From: the human T2T-CHM13v2.0 reference genome, Homo sapiens
DNA: 64,000 nucleotides
Strand: one strand, 5' to 3'
NCBI RefSeq assembly: GCF_009914755.1
Contig: NC_060925.1
Shown here: positions 41,124 through 57,748 of the stretch, in pieces
Layout of the letters: each line of letters starts with the position of its first letter
How positions within the stretch are numbered: the stretch's first letter is position 1
Translations under genes and position numbers: made by a program
Notes under the pieces: generated by a model
What the model saw: only the letters and a program-made list of their open reading frames with translations
Told to the model about the DNA's origin: nothing
The model's database searches: none

Positions 41124-42046
41124 TTATAGGAAATGGCTGAAAGTTTTATCTATTTGTGGAACTAGAACTAGACAGAGTGACTCTGGATTTGTCTGTTTAT
41201 TCAGGGTGCAAAGGGGTTTTGTTTTTGTTTTTCTTTTCCTGACAGAGTGATGTTATGTACATGCCTAATGATCATTGCAGCAGGGGAAAGTGTCCTTTTA
41301 GTTTTTTCAAGTCTGATAATAATGCTAATAACAACGACAACTATTCCTTATTAAAGAACTTCTGTGTGCCAGGTCCTGCTTAAGGTGTTTTAATATACAA
41401 GGTGTCCATAAAATCCCTGTACAGTGTGAATTTGTTATTTCTTCATAAGAGATAATGAATTTGAAAAATGCCACAGAGGGGGAATCCTCTCAAGGAATGT
41501 TTAACCTTCATATATCTATGACCATTGTTTTAGTTAAAAAACACGACATGCCAAAAGCCATATCATGGCTGAGAAATAAAAGTGATAATTCATGAATCCT
41601 TAATAATTTTATTGAAACATTGAATACGTTTCCTCTGTTTTCATAAGTTGCTTAACTTAAATAGAAATTAATGTATTAAAAACTAACACTGCAAAAATAT
41701 TTTATGAACACCCATTAAATTCTTATAGTCTATTATCCCCATTTTAGAGAGGGGGAAACTGAGGCTGAGGGAGGCAGAGTCACCTGCCCCAGGTTACCCG
41801 GCTAAGAGGTGGCAGAAGCAAGATTTGAGTGCAGAGCACCAAGAAGCAGCCCAGTTCAGAAAGAAGGAAGGGCTGGGGCATCAGGCTGCAGAAGAAGCAC
41901 TTGGGGATGGCAGTGCCAGGCAAGAGAGAAGAGCAAGTCTTTGGAGCCCCTGGGTGGGACTGGGACAGTGGGGGGTGAAGTGGGGTAGTCCAGGGCCACT
42001 AGCTTCAGCTCAGCTTCCTTGTGCTGCCTAAAGAGGAGTGACCACC

Positions 42047-42335
42047 AGCCGGGTGCGGTGGTGGCTCATTCCTGTAATCCCAGCACTTTAGGAGGCTGAG
42101 GTGAGTGGATTACTTGAGGTCAGGAGTTTGAGACTAGCCTGGCTGACGTGGTCTTGAACCATGGTGGTCTACTAAAAATACAAAAAAATTAGCCGAGCAC
42201 AGTGGCACAGGCCTGTAGTCCCAGCTACTTGGGAGGCTGAGGCAGGATAATCGCTGAACTGGGGAGGCGGAGGTTGCAGTGAGCTGAGATTGTGCCACTG
42301 CACTCCAGCCTCGGCGATAGAGCGAGACTCTGTCT

Positions 42336-42366
<31 letters not shown>
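42047..42366 (+). mobile_element. AluS
   Basis: Alu dimer, long A tail, TSD aagaggagtgaccacc / aagaagcgtgaccacc. Confidence 0.93.
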
Positions 42367-42368
<2 letters not shown>

Positions 42369-43693
42369 AGCGTGACCACCTAGAGTCAGGGGTGGACTTC
42401 CCATCGCCGCAGATGTGGGAGCTGGGGCTGGGTGCTCCCCTAGTGGGAAGATGCCCTACAGAGAGAGGATTCTGATGTTAGAATTGAGGGCTTAGGCTTG
42501 ACTTGAAGTTCAGGGACTGAAGACAAGAGCTTTGTGGCTAAAAGAACAGGTAGCCTGGTCCTTCCTTATCCAACAGTTGCTCCCTGAAGCTTTTTCTGAG
42601 CCAGCCCCATGCTGGGTGCCATGCACAGGGACACAGGAGCGGGCAGAGGCAGGCCCCTGCCACTGTGACCTAGGAGGATGGCAGATGTGGAAACTTCCTT
42701 GAGAGAGGGAAGTAGGAGGTGGAGGTTGCGGGGGATCATCTGGGTTGAGTACAGAGGGGTCCACAGCCCTCCGCAGTCAGAGGAAGAACGACATGAGCAA
42801 AGGCTCGAGGCCCGCCGGGAGGCTGCATCTGCATGTGTGTTGGGGGAGGTTGGTAAGATGCTCCTCTCAGGAGCGCAGTGGCAGAGGAGGAGGCCTTAGA
42901 AACCAAGGCCAGAATGTGAAGGGCCTTGCAAGCTGGGGAAGGGGATATGGACTCTGTCCTGGAAAAAGAGGGAGACCATGGAGGTTGCCAGACTGGGCTG
43001 TGACCAGGTCAGAGCCCTGCAGCTTCAGCCGTGCCGAGGCCTGGCGGGGAGAGGCTGAGGCTGGGAGTCAAGGGGGAGGCCGGGCAGTTGTTGCACGTGC
43101 ATGGGAGGAGGCCAGAGGGGCAACTTACTGGTCAAGAGGGCTTGGCTGGTTCCTGAGGAAGGAGCTGAATCCACTGGAGGACTGTCGGTCAGTCAGTGAG
43201 CAAACCCTCATGAAATACACCCAGAGCATGGAAGTCGCTGATAATGTGGAACCTATTTCTCTTGTCAATGATTGACTTCAGGGAGAAAGAACTTGCTTTC
43301 CTTCATTCAGTCTGTGTCTATTTATGGAATCCCCTCTGTGCTGAGCCCATGCCAGGCGCTGGGGTGATGGTGGGGAATGAGCCCAAGGGAGTTCCTCTGA
43401 AGGAACACAGTGACCAGACATGGAGAAAATAAGTACCCATGCAGAGACTTCTGGGAAGCCGATGTCTTTGTTTCCTGCGAGGTGGGCCGCAGGGAGCCTG
43501 ACCTGGTCTAGGGGGTCAGGGAAGGCTGCCCTGATAAAGGGACTTGTATGCTCAGATCAGGAGTTGGGTTTTAGCCAGGTGTTAACTGAGGAACAGGTGT
43601 TCCTGGTAGAGGGAACAGCTTGGATAAAGGATTGGAGGTGGGCAAGGGCTCAGTGCTGGAGGAGCTAGTGCAAGGCCACTGTGGCTGGGTGGG

Positions 43694-46320
<2,627 letters not shown>

Positions 46321-47739
46321 TTAAAACAAAGGCAGTGTGAGTCCTGGGGACCCTTAAGGATTAGGTGATGGGGAGCCTAAGTAAACGAATTCCCCAGCCC
46401 TAGAGAGAATGAGGATGGGATGAAGTGAAGAGGATGCTGGCCTCAGGCGGAGTTGGTCCAGATGACCCTTAAGGTCCTTCCATTGTAGAGACGGTGCAGC
46501 AGCCTGGGATGGGATCCTGAAACATGTGACATCCAGAAATGTGCAGGGGTGCTCAGAACTGGGTCAGCCCAGCTTCTCTTGGCACAGCTGTTGTGGAAGG
46601 CCAGACCCCAGGCCTTGATCCTGAGACTGGGGCCCGTCCCTGCCCTCGGGATTCCCCATCTAGCAGGGGAGAGAAGTGTGGGAGGCCTTGAGAGTCCAGT
46701 GGGGTTGGCTCTGTGGTGAGGAATGTGCTCTGGAAGCCTGTGGGGTGAGCAGTTCGCTCGGGAGATTCCGCAGAGCCCCACTCGCCAACGAATCTGGAAG
46801 GATGAGCTGACATTTACTGGGCAAAAGAGCTGGGGAGGTCCCAGTGCTGAGGATGCAGACATAGCAGAGGTGTGGGGAGACTTATCAGACATGGCTGGCA
46901 GGGAAGAATCATTATCTGACCAGGACGTAGGGTGCGTACGAGCAGGGAGGGGATGCTGGACCACCTGGTGAAGGCTTGAATGACATATAAGGAATTTGGA
47001 CTTTGTCAGTGTTTATAATGGCAGCCAATGGGCTTATTGGTAGCAGGGAGTGTTTCTTACTCAACCCTGTGTCTCTAAGTCTAACACTGGGCCTGGCCAG
47101 AGGGGCTTTAGTTTCTTTGATGAGTTTGTTGATGGGCTGATGGCAAACCCAGTCAGTGAGAGGGGCTGGGGCCTTGGAAGGAAGGAGTGGACACCCTTTT
47201 GATAAAATCTGGATATTCCCCTCCACTTCTGTTCCTCAACAAATTAGGCAAACAAGGTGCAGGCCCAGCTGGCATTTCATTGCTCACCTGCTTGGTACAG
47301 CAGATTTGCCCAAACAGATGCTTGAAGACACGCCCAGGGAGATGGTGCAAAGGCATGAGTGTGGAAAGCAGGGAAGGCCACTATTAGTGCATGCCAGGCT
47401 GCTGAGCTCCATTTGTGGACATCATCACCCAGTCCACAGCTCCATCCTCACCTGGGCTGTTGGGCAGGTACAGGGTCATCAGCCCTCAAGTCACTGCCCC
47501 AGTGTCACCTTCCTCATGAGGCCCTTATCTCCGTTTAAAACTGTATCCCTCCTTCCCGTCACTCATGGTCTCCCCATCTTGTTGTTTTTCCCACAGAACT
47601 TACTACCTTCTACATGTGATTTACTTATTTCACGCTTGTTGCTTATTTCCTCCAGGCAGTGGCTTTTGTCTGTTTTGTTCATGATATATTCCAAATACCT
47701 AGCACAGTGCCTGGGGCATGGGTACCCAATGTAATGAAT

Positions 47740-47950
47740 GTGAATGAATAACGATAACTGGCAAACGTTGAGTGCTTACTTTGTACCAACACTAGGCTAA
47801 GCCCTTTACATGCATTATCTGATGTTATCTTCACAAAGCCCGATGAGATAGGAACTGTATTTTTATACCCATTTTGCAGATGAGGAAACTGATGCTCAGT
47901 GGTTTGTCCAAGGTCACCCAGCTGGTTAATAGCCAGGATGAGAACCCAGG
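47740..47950. mobile_element. MIR
   Basis: cccattttgcagatgaggaaactga...tgtccaaggtcacccagctgg...agccaggatgagaacccagg. Confidence 0.8.
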
Positions 47951-48018
47951 AGTGGCAGGGACAGAAGGAGCTCTCAGGAAGGACACAGAGGGGCTGAGCT
48001 TCAGGGCCATGCTGTCCC
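47931..48018 (+). repeat. Upstream arm of 88-bp inverted repeat (pairs with 49988-50075)
   Basis: Hand alignment: 84/88 identity to the reverse complement of 49988-50075. Confidence 0.95.
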
Positions 48019-48442
48019 ACATTCTCCCATTTACTGGGGTGACCATGCAGCTGTCACGGAGATGTGCCTGACATGGGGTAGGGACAGGAAATAAGTGTCT
48101 GGGGCCAATTAGAGGGAGATGTCTCCTTCTTCTTAGGGAAGGAGGCTGGGTGGGCAGGGAAGGTCCCGACAAAGCTGTGCATCTGTGTTCTTTGCAATAT
48201 GTGGTCCGTAGTGTGGGGTTTTCAAAGAGAGGGGCAGCCAAATCAGGCCCTCTCCGAGGCCTGCACTGGGTTGCTGCAAGGGCTCTGGTGGTGGGCTGGG
48301 GACAGCTGGGACCTGTGGGAAGTAGGAGGCTCTGGTCAGACTGGCAGTGGAGGCCAGAGAAGGAAGGAAGAGCCATGGCCGTTGAAGTCCCCAGCTCTTG
48401 CCTGGGCTCACTCTTGGTCCTTGGGGAGCATGGGCAGGGTAG

Positions 48443-48688
<246 letters not shown>

Positions 48689-48750
48689 TAGGAAGGGGGT
48701 GGGGTGAGGGAGCCCTGTTCCTCTCCTGACCCCCTGCTGTGCCCCCACAG

Positions 48751-48909
48751 TCTCACCAGCGCCAGCACAACAAGGACAAGCCCTACAAGTGTCCCAACTG
48801 CTACCGGGCCTATTCGGACTCCGCTTCTTTGCAGATCCACCTCTCGGCCCACGCCATCAAGCACGCCAAGGCCTACTGCTGCAGCATGTGTGGGCGGGCC
48901 TACACCTCG
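48751..48909 (+). CDS. ZNF362: ZNF362 exon 8 (end of finger 4, finger 5, start of finger 6)
   Basis: Acceptor ccacag|TCT, donor TCG|gtgagt; 159 nt. Confidence 0.97.
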
Positions 48910-49266
48910 GTGAGTGCCGGTCGGCCTGTGCCCTGCCCCGGGGGAGCCACTTCGTCTTCCAGGCCTCAGTTGCTTCCCCATTGTCAGATCTGTGTCGACT
49001 CTTCCCATTTTCCAGACAAAGAAATTGAGGCCTAGAGAAGGGAAGTGACACCCTGAGATCACAGGGAAGGGGAGAACCAGAGCTTTTGCTTCCCACTTCT
49101 GGTTTCAGCTACCCCTGACCAAGCCCCTAGCCTCCTGCTCACCTTTAGCCTGAGTCTCCGAGGCCCTGGAGTACTCACAGCAGTGGCAGGAGGCTTTTCA
49201 CCTGCTCTGCAGAGCTACAGAGAGAGAAGCGCCTTCCTGTCACCCAGGAAGCTGCAACCCCCATTG

Positions 49267-49285
49267 TGGCCACAAGGTGGCGCAG
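49267..49285 (+). promoter_or_regulatory. CTCF core motif
   Basis: tggccacaaggtggcgcag closely fits the CTCF consensus TGGCCACCAGRKGGCGC. Confidence 0.65.
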
Positions 49286-49759
49286 TGACATGGCCCATAG
49301 CCACCCTCATCTCAGGAAAGGCCTGAGCAGCCCGGAAAGCTCAGAGCATTCAGCTCCCGTCCCTGGGTGGGAATTTCCCCAAACGAGGGCCTTTTGGCAC
49401 CCAGAAATACCATTCACCCCCAGGCGAATCGCTTGAGTGTGTGCTTCTGTTTGATCTAATATTCTAGTTAACAGACCCCGTATCCCCGACATAGAGGTCA
49501 CTGAGCCTCAGTTTCCTCATCTGTCAAATGGATGAACTCACAGGGCTGTTGGCTGGCAGAGTGGTGCCAAATCAACCTGAGCTAGTACCATTATTTATTC
49601 ACTCAGTCTTTACTAAACACTTCTGCCTGGTGCTCGGGCATTGGGATGAGCCAGACAGATCTATTTTTTGCCCCCAGGGAAATTAAGAACTGTTGGAGAC
49701 AAGTATTAAACAAGTACACACGTAACTGTTTGACGGGAAATTGTGTAGCTGCTGTAAAG

Positions 49760-50118
49760 CAGAGACTCTCGGCCCTAGTCCAGATGGACATTTGGGCCGG
49801 ACCTTTCCACTGTGGGCGCTGGCCTGCACGTGGCAGGGCTCTGAGCAGCATTCCAGGCCTCCATCCGCTAGATGCCAGTAGCAACCGCTCCCCAAGTGGT
49901 GACAGCCAAAAAATGTCTTCAGGGATGACACAGAGGGGCTGAGCTGCAGGGCCATGCCGTCCTGCATTCTGGAGTCCTGCATCCTGGGGGACAGCATGGC
50001 CCTGAAGCTCTGTCCCTCTGTGTCCTCCCTGGGAGCTCCTTCTGTCCCTGCCACTCCTGGGTTCTCATCCTGGCTCTTTGTCCCTGGGGGGCAAAATCAC
50101 CTCAATTGAGAACCACTG
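49760..50118 (-). mobile_element. MER20 hAT MITE split by a ~155-bp insertion (~49923-50077)
   Basis: ctagatgccagtagca...gtgacagccaaaaaatgtcttcag | insertion | tgtccctggggggcaaaatcacctcaattgagaaccactg. Confidence 0.85.
49988..50075 (-). repeat. Downstream arm of 88-bp inverted repeat
   Basis: See 47931-48018. Confidence 0.95.
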
Positions 50119-50432
50119 TGATAAAAGTGTGTTTTGAAAGACAGCAGGGAGGACACAATGGAGCTGGGAAGGGGGATGAGTCCAGATTGACCACCTGGAG
50201 GAGCAACACTTAGGTGAAGCCTTGAAGGATAATTGGATGAGGAGGAGAAAGGGGAAAGAAGCTTCCATGCAGGCGAACACTGAGTGCGAACCCCCTGAGG
50301 GGTAACAAACTTGGCACGTTACAAGAACTCAAAGGAAATTAGGTCAGTTGGGGCCTTGGGGCTCTGTTAGAAAAGTTTGGATATTTTTTCAGGTGGAATG
50401 GGAAGCTACAGGGAGGGGACTGTCAGGAAGGG

Positions 50433-50575
50433 TTTTTTTTTTTTTTTTTTGGTATATTTTAGAGACGGGGTCTTGCTATGTTGCCCAGGCTGGAATCAAA
50501 ATCCTGGGCTCAAGGGATCCTCCTGCTTCAACCTCCAGAGTAGCTGGGGCTACAGGTGTGCACCACTGTGCCTGG
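50433..50575 (-). mobile_element. FLAM / Alu monomer
   Basis: polyT plus monomer-length Alu. Confidence 0.8.
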
Positions 50576-51071
50576 CAGGGAAGGTATTTTTGCAAGGTCA
50601 CTCTGGCTGGAGGCTGTTCATGGATCATAGGTGGGGTTGTTGGCAGTACTTGTCAGGTGCCGGGCAGGGCTGCCACTTGCTAAGTGCTGAGTCTGTAACA
50701 TTTATTCTTCCCTGGAGTTCAAAGGGCAGAGGAGGGTCAGGAGGCGAAGAGGACAGAATCTGCAGGGAAAAGGGCTCCAAAGGGGTGAGCAGGAGCCCTC
50801 GCTTGGCTAGCTGATCTCCAGTCAGTCCCTGCCTCTCTCCAAGGCTCAAGTTTTCCATAACCTCCTACACCATCAACCAATCCTGCCTCATCCATACTCC
50901 TATTTTTTGAAGTACAATCCAGACATCATACTATTTCTAAAAATTGCACTTTATCTCTCTAATGATAAAGACTCCTTTTTTGAGCATATCCACAATACCT
51001 TTGGAATATCAAAAAGTAATTAACCAAAGTCCTTATCATCATCAGATACTCAAATACCCGTTCAGCATTGA

Positions 51072-51475
<404 letters not shown>

Positions 51476-51797
51476 TAGTAGCTCAGTAGATCTTTTAATC
51501 TCTAGGTCCCCTTACCCCCACTTTTTTTCTTTGTTATTTATTCACTGAAGAATAGTTTCCTAGCTAGGAATTTGCAGGTTGCTTCCCTCTGGTATTGGAT
51601 AGCATGTTGCCGCCACATTTGAGGGCTTCCTCTGCTGGGTTCTGAGCATATTGAGGTCTGAAGTCAAGGAGTGGCAGGTGGGAGTACCGCCTCTGCTTCT
51701 GGCAAAGGCGATTGGAAGGATGTGGCTTAGTGTGAGGGCTTCTGGGCCTGCAGTGAGCCCTGGGTCACAACCTCACCTACCCAGTCCTGGTGCCTCA

Positions 51798-52016
<219 letters not shown>

Positions 52017-52545
52017 TTACTCCATGCTAAGGGCTTGATCTTTGTCACCACAGCAACCTGTTGAGGTTGTTCCTCCCCTATGCCTGCTTACAGAGGAGGA
52101 AACTGAGGCTCAGAGAGACAAGATGACTTGTCCAAGTTCTCACCACTAAGAAAGAGCAGAGCTAGGCTCAGACCCAGTCCTGCTGCCTCACTGTCACTGG
52201 GATCACCAGCCAGATGCAGGCACAGTGCTTCACCTGGCAGACAGGGCTGAGGTTCAGCCAGTATACCCAGCTACATCCAGGTGGCAAGGGCCTGGGGGCC
52301 TGGCCCTGGAGAGCCACAGGTGGGCATTGCTGAGGGGTGAGCTCTCCAGCCAGCACTCATACTGGCAGCAGTGCAGTGTCTCTAGAACCAATGGCCGACG
52401 CCCATCTGACCCTGCAAAACTGTGGCTGTCCTCCACCCTCTGAACCGCCTACCAAGAGCCCTCCAGTGGCTGCTGGTGGGAACTGCAGCCTCTTCTCCCT
52501 CCCTTGCTGGTGGTTCCCTGTTCTGAATCTCATCCCTGCCCACAG

Positions 52546-52662
52546 GAGACCTACCTGATGAAGCACATGTCCAAACACACGGTGGTGGAGCACCTGGTGA
52601 GCCATCACTCGCCCCAGAGGACGGAGTCCCCCGGCATCCCGGTGCGAATCTCTCTCATCTGA
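52546..52662 (+). CDS. ZNF362: ZNF362 exon 9 coding part (ETYLMKHMSKH...PVRISLI*)
   Basis: Acceptor ccacag|GAG, TGA at 52660-52662; summed CDS 38+64+247+334+225+79+159+117=1263 nt = 420 aa + stop. Confidence 0.95.
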   Translation, partial: ETYLMKHMSKHTVVEHLVSHHSPQRTESPGIPVRISLI

Positions 52663-54092
52663 GCCCACTGGAGGCGCCGCCCCACCCGGCCCACTGGCAG
52701 ACACAGACCCAGGCAGCACCAGGCCCCAGCTCCCTCCGGGGGCCCTCCAGGAACCACCAAGCTCTCTCACGACCTTCCCAATCTTCCAGAAAGCTTGGTC
52801 CGCAGAAGCCCTGCCTGGTCCAGTCCGGGGGCGGCCAGGCCAACTGCAAGATTCTGGACTGTTTTGGTGGCATCCAAAGACGATCTCAGAGCACTTTGAA
52901 CCTCTCTGTTGAGTTTTCTTTTTGTTCCCCACCCTTCACTTGCTTCACTGTTTTTTTTTTTTTCGTTTTTTTTTTTTAAGTTTGTTTTGGAAATAACAGA
53001 AAAGATATTTATTGGCCAGGAAGTTGGTGCTGCTAAGACCGAGAAATTTAAAGAATCGGACAGATGGACGCAGAGAACCAGAGGGCAATGTGGGACCTTC
53101 TCTTGCCATGGCCTCAGGTCTTGAGGGAAGGCTCGGGCCTAGGTTTCTGGACTGCAAAGGGGACCCCCAGGTGGGAGGGGCAGGAAGCAGCCGGAGTGAG
53201 CCCTTCGCCCCTGAGTGCCTGGCTCGCACCTCTCGAGCTGTGCCCTGGGCATCACTGAGCAGAGGGGTGCGGCAGCTTCAGGAGGCAGAAACGAGAGGGG
53301 TGGGAGATCCACAGGACCAAAGGGTGCAGTGATGGGCTGGGTGGCGGGCCCAGGGAAATGGGGTGGGGATGGGCTGGGTAAGACCTGGCCCTCCCCTGCT
53401 GCCCTGAAGACCACCCCAGTCTACCTCGGTGCTGGCCAGGAAACCTTTCGGCTACCTCTCCCACCATCCCAGACTGTGGGCAGGGGGATGGGGAGGGAGT
53501 GGGCCTGGATCTGGGACCTCCCTCCAGAATTTCCTCCAGATGGGGGCAGTGCCCAGGGAGGGGTTATTTGTCTTCCCTGCCATGGAGTGGGAATCCCCAG
53601 CCGAGGCCCTAGGCCCCTCAGCAGGGAAGGGATCCCCGGGGAGGCAGGTCCCAGGAGCAGACCCTGCCCCCAGCCCCCACAGACACACCCCAATCTGAAA
53701 GCCATGCGTGTCGGTGTATATAGGAACCATGTACAGAGCCCAGAGAAGCCCCCTACATCCCCCCGGGAAAAAAAAGAAAACTAGACAGAAACTCATCTAT
53801 ATATTCTGTATCTGGAGTTCCGTTTTGAATATTAACTGTGTTATTTTTATACACTTTTTAAGCCTTAACTCGCCATTGATTTACCAGTTTAACGTTTCCT
53901 GGGGTTTCTTTGCCCATGGGGTTCTCTGCCCCCACCCCCGGCCCTTTGTTTGACTTGCGTCGTCTGATACTCAGTATTGTAGCTTTTTGTCCGCATGTTA
54001 CTCCCTGTAAATACGCTGTTATACATACTGTTAACACCCCTTTGCTTTTTCTATGGGACCTCCAGGCCACCATATTTAGAACTAGTTACCTT

Positions 54093-54098
54093 ATTAAA
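54093..54098 (+). terminator. ZNF362: Possible proximal polyadenylation signal ATTAAA
   Basis: Variant hexamer followed by gtctgttggcttct. Confidence 0.45.
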
Positions 54099-54313
54099 AA
54101 AGAAAAAACAGTCTGTTGGCTTCTCAGTCTGCATCTTGGAGGCAGGGAGGTGAGGGCAGGTGCCCCTCAGACACTTCAGGAAGGTAGTTTGCATTCTATT
54201 TAAAAAAGGGAGTGGGGAGCAAATGAAAATCAAATGTGGGGGGAAAACACTAAAGGGGGCAAGAAACAAAGGAATTACAAACCCTCTGCTCTTTGTATTT
54301 CTCTGTTGTGAAG

Positions 54314-54319
54314 AATAAA
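54314..54319 (+). terminator. ZNF362: Polyadenylation signal AATAAA (distal)
   Basis: Canonical hexamer with upstream TGTA (~54294) and downstream GU-rich tract ggtggtgtttggcgtg. Confidence 0.8.
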
Positions 54320-55212
54320 CTGTACCTGCACCCGGGTGGCGGTGGTGTTTGGCGTGCTCTGTGCGAGGGCAGGGCTGGGGGGCACCTTTCCATTGCTCCT
54401 CTCCCCTCCCCCGCCCCCCAGACTTGGAGAAGGAAGAAAGTGGCCTCTCACTGTGGGCTGGCCTCACTCCAGGTGCTGAACTGAGTGCTTTATGTTGATT
54501 GCCTCACAACTCCCTAAGAAGTGGGCAGCAAACCAAGAGAGGCCCTTTGCTAAGGATCATGCTGCAGTATAGTGGCAGTGACATAAACTGACCCAGCATT
54601 GCCTAGTTCTGGAGCCTTCTTGGATATACTAGGTCCACCAATAAGTCTCACTTCCACTGCTCCCTGAGGGGGCACCCCACCTATGTGGGGGGGGGGGTCC
54701 ATCATGAGTGCCTGATTTGTGGAAGTGATTCTAGTGATTGGAGGGGGAGTCCAAGACATCCTTGTCATACATTGTTTTTTCCCCATAGGAGTCAATGTTT
54801 TGACTGCCTAGGAAGGAAATTTAGTAATAAAATCCCCAAAAGCTTATCAAGTCTGGCCCTGTGGAAGCACTGTGAGGGGGACAGTGCTTCCACTGTCCAT
54901 GGAAGGTCATCATGGAGGTCATCTACCATGGAGGTCATCATTGGTTCGAACTCGTTTCCCTGAGTCCTCACAGTCCTCATGTGTCAAGACTTTGCTGCAA
55001 GTGATAGAAAGTCCAATCCAAACAAGGGTGTATTGGCTTATGTAACAGGACAGTGGTCAGGCCAGCTTCAGGGCTCAAAGGATGTGTCTCCAGCTCTCCA
55101 CTCTGTTCTGAGTCAGCTTCAGCCTGAGGCGCCTGTGGGGTCAGCAGCTCTAGTCTCTCAGTCCCCAGGGTTCCAGCAATCAAGCCTCTTGTCTCTCTGA
55201 CAAAAGCCTCAG

Positions 55213-55897
<685 letters not shown>

Positions 55898-57417
55898 CCC
55901 AGCAAAAGTCTAATTGGGTCTTCCTGGTTCTAACTGCATCATGTTGTGTGCTTGTTTGGCTTGGGCCTAGGGCCCATGCTCTAAGCCTGGAGTAGAGGGT
56001 GAAGCCCTCACCTTCTTTACTTTCTGAAGCACAAGAGGTTCCCTAACAGGAAACCAGAGTGTGTTACTATCAGAAGAGGAAATGGATGTGTGGTAGCCAA
56101 GAACCAGCATGTTTTCAGTAATCTCAGGGGCCTCATCTCTTTCTCTGAAATTGACCTCCCATAGCCTGCTTTGCCATGAAAGGATGGGCTCTGGCAGCCA
56201 TATTTGTGTCACATGACCCCATTGCAGCCACAGCCGATTGGCCAGGGGTGGACACCTGACTCTGACTTGATACATAGGTGCAGCCAGTGGTGCATAATGG
56301 CTGTCCTGATTCATGTGAGAAAATTGTGCACACCTCTTCCAAGCTCTGCATTCAGGGAGTACTGGTAGCTTGAAATCAGCCATGGTGGGATTTACACCAT
56401 GGATATTGGCCAACACTATAAATCAGGGCTTTCTTTTTCCCCAGTCAACTGCTAGACTTATACCAGCACACCACCGGACGGAGCTGACTCTCCTGTCAGA
56501 TTCTCTATTCCATGAATTAGGAACAAGTTAGGAGATGGTGGGTACCTGAACTGGAAAACCCTGTAGACTGCGGTTTGGGGTGACTGTGTTGAGCTGGACA
56601 CAAGCAGAAGAACAAAGCCGGCAGAGAAAGAGCAGAAATGGACCAAGGAGACCAAGAGCTAGTGGTAACCTCTGTTCCTGTCCGTCTTCATCCTCTGGCT
56701 ATGTTTAATCTCCTGTTTGTTCTCACTTCAATGAGTTTAAGTTGCTAGTGGTGTGACATTGTGTTAGTTACTAAATCTGTGCCTGATCTCCTCATATGTA
56801 AAATGAGGTAAACAGTAGTAACCAACTTACAGTGTGGATGTGAGGATTAAATGAATCAATACCTGTCTAATGCTTAGAACTGGCACGTTGTAAGACCCAA
56901 TATATGTCCACATCATTATTGCTGCTATTTGCCTTAGCCCTAAGGGATCTATGATCCTTATGATCAGTGATCCCTGACTGAGAGCTGAAGATGTTTGGGA
57001 ATTTCTAGGGGTGGCATTTGAGCTTGCATGGCAAGGCGGGGCGGCTGGGACAGGTGGAGATTTTGCATGTAGCAGTGATGCTGAGGGGACTGAGTCTGAT
57101 TTTCACTTGCTCACGTGGGGAGTGAGTGCCACTGCCCCTGGGGGAGCCTCAGGATAGGTGCTGAGGACAGTGTTGATGGTAATGGAGGCAACTGCAGAAG
57201 GAGCTTTAGCCCTCTTGTTATTCCTGCTTTAGATCCAAGTCCCTCTGTACCCACCCCCACAACCCCTCCTTAGGCCTCTGGGCTCACTAGGAGGGGAGCC
57301 ATTCCCAAGGGCTGCCCACCCTGCAGCTTCCTGGAACCCCTCCCTCCTCAAGAAGATCCCCAACAACGCAAGGCTGCCTCCAGTCCACGCCTTGGAAACT
57401 CCTGAGCATGCCATTTA

Positions 57418-57748
<331 letters not shown>

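Larger units (their letters stand above)
52663..54340 (+). other. ZNF362: ZNF362 3'UTR
   Basis: Repeat-free sequence after the stop codon with U-rich tracts, ending at polyA signals. Confidence 0.8.
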
